Origin: Trueperaceae bacterium
GTDB lineage: Bacteria; Deinococcota; Deinococci; Deinococcales; Trueperaceae
DNA: 64,000 nt
Assembly: GCA_965214405.1 (NCBI GenBank)
Contig: OZ243956.1
Coordinates: forward strand, 1,408,001-1,472,000
Reading direction: 5' to 3'
Shown here: positions 60,330 through 64,000 of the stretch, in pieces
How the letters are laid out: the number at the start of each line of letters is the position of its first letter
Numbering within the stretch: the stretch's first letter is position 1
Program-made: the position numbers and the translations under genes
Notes under the pieces: generated by a model
Told to the model about the DNA's origin: nothing
What the model saw: only the letters and a program-made list of their open reading frames with translations
Databases searched by the model: none

Positions 60330-61859
60330 TCAAGTCCGACGCCAAAAGGTCAGCAAACGAGCAAAGACCATGAGCGCGACCAAAACGGACGGGGTGTAGA
60401 CCTTTTGCCGCTCGAGCCCCGCCTCGTCAAAGAGTTCATCCAGATAGTGCGTGGTGCTGGCCGGGACGAGCATCGTCTTCAACCAGGTGCGGAGGCGGAG
60501 GTTCGCCCCTGATGGCATGACGCCCATCTCTCTTGCCAGAACGTCGCAGTAGGGGAACTGCTCTACGGGATAGACGTTACTGGTGTCGAGCGCGCTGTAC
60601 TCCTCACACAGCGAACGCCACGCTTCCTGTTGTCTTGCTTGCACGTCCACCGGAAGGCGGTACTTGCCAGAGAGCACGCCCACGGCGTAGCGCGCCTGTA
60701 TCTCGCTAATGGACGGGATGTTGCCGATGATGGGCCTGGCGAAACCTATGAGAAACAGCGTGTTTATGGGGGCATAAATACAGCCGTGGTAGAAATCTTT
60801 TAGGTGAAGCGCGCCAAGGGACAACGTAGGCAGCCTCGAGTGGTAGCCGGTAGACGGCACCAAAACGTCGGGCGCAAGGCGGCGCGTCGTCGTTCCGTCA
60901 AAGTCGGCATACTCGTTCCACGCTTCGTTCGTCGGCGGGCCGATGATGGTCAGACGTCCCTCGGCCACGGCGTCTAAAAAGTCGTCACTTTTGTTGTGAA
61001 ACACGTTGAAAAGTTCGCCCTTGGCTCGAGCCTTGAGCTTAAGGTCCCAGGTTCTCCTCAAGGCCTGCGCCCGAGCGCCAGCGTCGTGATTGGCGCGCTG
61101 ATGTGGAAATAACCTGGCTAAGAGTTTGTCAAAGCGGATGCGAAAGGTTACAAAACGCTCGCCCACCCGGTTGCGCGTTCGTTTGCCAAAAGAGAGCAGG
61201 AGCCGGTTACGCAAAAAGTCCGAGGGCACCCCGCGTATCGGATGATAGCGCGGGCTGACCCGGACGCCGGAACGCAGGGAGAGAAGAACGGTGTTGTTGT
61301 GCGCCGGTTTAGCGAGGTGGTTAGCGATGTCGGTGGCCGACTCGCCCCCGCCGACCACCACGACCGTCGCGTTGCGGACCTCCTCAGGTCGCTCGGCAAC
61401 GGGAACGTGGGGGGACTCGAGCGGGATTTTTTGGTTGACGAGGCCGGTACACAAAAACACGGCGTCAAAGGTCTCGCTCGTTTCCTCCCCATTCTCTAAA
61501 AGGTGGAGCGTCCAGCCGTTTTGAGCGCGCTCGAGCCTTGTCAATTCGACGCCGAAGCGGACGCGCGCCCTCAAATGAAAGCGTTCCGCAAAGGCGTCTA
61601 AATAATCGCCAAACTGAGCGCCGCGAAAGAACTCCTCAAAGTTTCTTTCGCGCGTGACCTCCGGCTGCCAGAGGCGAAAGCAGGAAAACTGGGTGGTGTA
61701 TTTGGTCGAGGTTGAGACGAAGTCCGCGCGCTGGTCACCCCAACAGCCCCGAACGGTGTGGCTTTTTTCGAAGCAGACAACCTCCGAGGCTGGATAAATG
61801 TCGAGCAAATATTTTAGCGTGACCAGCCCGCTGCTACCCGCGCCGACGACGGCGATCAC
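60330..61859 (-). CDS. Flavin-containing monooxygenase (FMO-like)
   Basis: VGAGSSG, VGGGESATD, STGY and IGFARPIIGNIPSISEIQARY motifs; hydrophobic C-terminal tail. Confidence 0.85.
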   Translation of the reverse strand: MIAVVGAGSSGLVTLKYLLDIYPASEVVCFEKSHTVRGCWGDQRADFVSTSTKYTTQFSCFRLWQPEVTRERNFEEFFRGAQFGDYLDAFAERFHLRARVRFGVELTRLERAQNGWTLHLLENGEETSETFDAVFLCTGLVNQKIPLESPHVPVAERPEEVRNATVVVVGGGESATDIANHLAKPAHNNTVLLSLRSGVRVSPRYHPIRGVPSDFLRNRLLLSFGKRTRNRVGERFVTFRIRFDKLLARLFPHQRANHDAGARAQALRRTWDLKLKARAKGELFNVFHNKSDDFLDAVAEGRLTIIGPPTNEAWNEYADFDGTTTRRLAPDVLVPSTGYHSRLPTLSLGALHLKDFYHGCIYAPINTLFLIGFARPIIGNIPSISEIQARYAVGVLSGKYRLPVDVQARQQEAWRSLCEEYSALDTSNVYPVEQFPYCDVLAREMGVMPSGANLRLRTWLKTMLVPASTTHYLDELFDEAGLERQKVYTPSVLVALMVFARLLTFWRRT

Positions 61860-61869
61860 GTGGAGCCCT

Positions 61870-62958
61870 TCACGCGACCACCGTAAGGCTCACAAGCACG
61901 TAGTTGAATTGACCCGACTCGGGCACGAAGAGCAAGAGACGTTCACCCGCCGCCACGGGCTGGGTTTTTAGGTACTCGTCGAGCATGATGTAGACGCTCG
62001 CCGCGCCCGTATTGCCCGCCGTGCGGAGGTTGGTCCAGTAGGGCACGTTTCGTTGGGGCAAAAGCTTGGCAATAATTTCTTTAACCGAAGATTCAAAATA
62101 GTAAGACGACATGTGAGGCAAAACCACCGCGTAGCTGTCAAGCCTCTCCCCGTGGGCGTCAAGCGCACCGCTAAGCGCCCGCTCCGACAGCGGGGCCATG
62201 TACTTTGACAAAATGGTGACGTCCTGGCACAACACGAGCGGCGACGCGCTTGGCAGGGACATACAGAGGGGCGCTTCGTTGGCGAACGAACGCGAATAGG
62301 TCCAGTCGACCCTTAGCGAAAGCCCCTGCGGGTTTGGTTGCGGCTCGAGCAGAAACGCGCCCGCGCCGTCCGAGAGCATGAAACGCAAGAACGTTGACAT
62401 AAACCACTTGGACGTTCGCACGTTCTTAAAGATGGCGGGAAGGTCGTAGGTGGGCCGGAACGCTTTTGACCTCAGCCCCAGCGAAGGCTGCTCCACCCCC
62501 ACGCACAGGGCCGCCCTGGCGTCTCCCGATTTGACAGCGCGGCTGGCGTTCACCAGGGCCTGCGCGCCCGAAGAGCAGATGCCCGACTGGGAGGTAATTT
62601 CCAAGGGATGCGTCACCAAATCCCGTTGGCTCAGTTCGTCGTGCAAGAGCGACGTGAGTCCCGGCGCTAAAAGCGGCGCGTGGGTAGACCCAGCCGACAG
62701 ATAATCTATAGCAGACGTGTCTAGCGTGTGAGGTAAACAGGCTTGAACCGCCTCAGCCGCGAGTTCGTAAACGGAATGCGTCGCCTGTTGGTTTGTATCG
62801 AGGGCGTAGTGCCTCGTATGGATGCCGTTAACCGCGAGGATTTTCTGCTTGACCCGCGCTTCGCCAAGGGTCTTGCCCAGATACTTGGCGATGTTCTCGT
62901 TGTCAACAGGCTCACCGGGTAAATATGCGCCTGTGCGCGTGATGTAACAGTCGCTCAC
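61870..62958 (-). CDS. StlD/DarB-type beta-ketoacyl synthase (KAS III-like)
   Basis: YLPGEPVDN, NGIHTRHYA, SGICSSG (catalytic Cys), FMLSDGAGA, LPHMSS, TNL..GNTGAAS and FVPESG.F motifs; GTG start at 62958. Confidence 0.85.
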   Translation of the reverse strand: MSDCYITRTGAYLPGEPVDNENIAKYLGKTLGEARVKQKILAVNGIHTRHYALDTNQQATHSVYELAAEAVQACLPHTLDTSAIDYLSAGSTHAPLLAPGLTSLLHDELSQRDLVTHPLEITSQSGICSSGAQALVNASRAVKSGDARAALCVGVEQPSLGLRSKAFRPTYDLPAIFKNVRTSKWFMSTFLRFMLSDGAGAFLLEPQPNPQGLSLRVDWTYSRSFANEAPLCMSLPSASPLVLCQDVTILSKYMAPLSERALSGALDAHGERLDSYAVVLPHMSSYYFESSVKEIIAKLLPQRNVPYWTNLRTAGNTGAASVYIMLDEYLKTQPVAAGERLLLFVPESGQFNYVLVSLTVVA

Positions 62959-62965
62959 CCTCAGC

Positions 62966-63871
62966 CTACGCTTCTGAGTTCTTTCGCAAGAGTTCGTAGG
63001 CAAACTCGTCAAAGGCGATATGGTGATACAAGTAGCCGTTGGGGTCGGATAAAAAGGGGCTGTTGTTGTAGTGGCTGCGGTTGGAGCTTGATTGTAAGTA
63101 AAAGTCGAGGTCGATCATCGCCTGCGGGTCCTCGGCGCAGATGTTTTTTAGGCACCAGAGCAGCAAGGAATCGGAATCAAAGGAATTGAGCGCGCGCACC
63201 ATCGTGCGAAGGTCGCCGAACAGCGTGATGGTGAAGACGATAAAGATGACGACGTTGGTGGGGCCAAAGATTTGTAGGGAGTGCTTGCGGTTTTGCTCGA
63301 GTACCCTATTGCCAAACTGCTCGATGTCCTCGGGTCGGCCCTTGCGGTAGAACTCGAGCCGCTCCAAAAAAGCCGCCTTGTCAAAACGCTCCATCACCTC
63401 GTAGGAGAGGTCGTCATGGCAGAGAGTGAGGCCGTGCGCGACCACGTCCTGAACCGAGTTGACGCTAAAGTCCCCGTCGATACCTTTAAGCTTTTCGCTC
63501 CCGCCGCCCTGCCGCTCCGGGGTCCCCGACAAGATGTAGCGGTAGAGCAGCGGCTCGATCTGTACGTGGCGGATAAGCAGCGCGAGCGCGTCATGCGCCG
63601 CGAAATGCTTGATGCCAAACGCGATGACCCGGTCGATGAGCCCTTTTTCAAACCCCCACGCCCGGCGGTGAAACACGAACTTGAAGGGCACCACGGCGAG
63701 ACGAAGAAAGAAGTACAAGAAGGTGAGAACGGGCCGCAGAAAGATATAGTCCAGACGCGTCTTTTCGTCTATAAAGACGTCGTTAACGTAGTCGGTGAGG
63801 TAAGGAAAGCGCTGCATCGGGTTGGGTACCTGCACGTTTTTAGGAGGCTCGAGCCCAAAAGTATTCCGCAT
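62966..63871 (-). CDS. Hypothetical protein, DUF6999-like
   Basis: PNP, LRP..TM..FK, AFGIKHF..A..LIRH, HD, RALNS and HHIAFDE resemble, from memory, proteins encoded beside DarB-type synthases. Not checked by HMM. Confidence 0.55.
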   Translation of the reverse strand: MRNTFGLEPPKNVQVPNPMQRFPYLTDYVNDVFIDEKTRLDYIFLRPVLTFLYFFLRLAVVPFKFVFHRRAWGFEKGLIDRVIAFGIKHFAAHDALALLIRHVQIEPLLYRYILSGTPERQGGGSEKLKGIDGDFSVNSVQDVVAHGLTLCHDDLSYEVMERFDKAAFLERLEFYRKGRPEDIEQFGNRVLEQNRKHSLQIFGPTNVVIFIVFTITLFGDLRTMVRALNSFDSDSLLLWCLKNICAEDPQAMIDLDFYLQSSSNRSHYNNSPFLSDPNGYLYHHIAFDEFAYELLRKNSEA

Positions 63872-64000
63872 TTCAAATGTATCACGGCGGCGAGGATGAA
63901 CCTATGGCGTCGGTTACTTCGGAATGAAAGAGGCATGGTGTTCACAAGGCCGCCCAGAGCTTTACCGCCAAGGCAGACGGCTACGCGTCTCCCAATAAAC

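Overview
GC-rich (~60%, estimated by eye) bacterial chromosomal window, most consistent with Deinococcota, probably Trueperaceae-like. This is an inference from gene content and from TAnnnT -10 boxes sitting directly in front of start codons. 1-14.4 kb is mostly housekeeping: HD-GYP, SCO, a FadF-like Fe-S protein, gap-pgk, a DUF2383/stress protein/topoisomerase IB trio, uvrC and glgC. 14.5-48.8 kb is a large catabolic region: three ABC importers, a CE7 esterase, a GH38 alpha-mannosidase, three Gfo/Idh/MocA dehydrogenases, a PhyH dioxygenase, SolA, an aldolase and an amidohydrolase. It also holds a mutator-like IS with a frameshift at T5C6, a BrnT-type toxin-antitoxin pair and a truncated LacI remnant. 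48.8-53 kb is a TetR / epoxide hydrolase / SDR module with an IS5 element inserted in a YdeI gene. The most interesting items are: (1) a tightly coupled 7-gene operon at 53.3-60.2 kb (MetV-MetF fusion, SnoaL, RibD-C reductase, FAD oxidoreductase, creatininase-family amidase, two CodA-like deaminases, the second lacking three conserved active-site His), a candidate uncharacterised pterin/folate/damaged-purine pathway; (2) a convergent 3-gene cluster (DUF6999-like protein, DarB/StlD-type ketosynthase, atypical flavin monooxygenase), a candidate small biosynthetic cluster; (3) strong window-wide over-representation of the palindrome (G)CTCGAG(C), not seen in either IS; (4) recurrent 10-17 bp tandem micro-duplications at gene edges. 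No rRNA, tRNA or CRISPR array was found. All family assignments come from motif recognition, not database searches.
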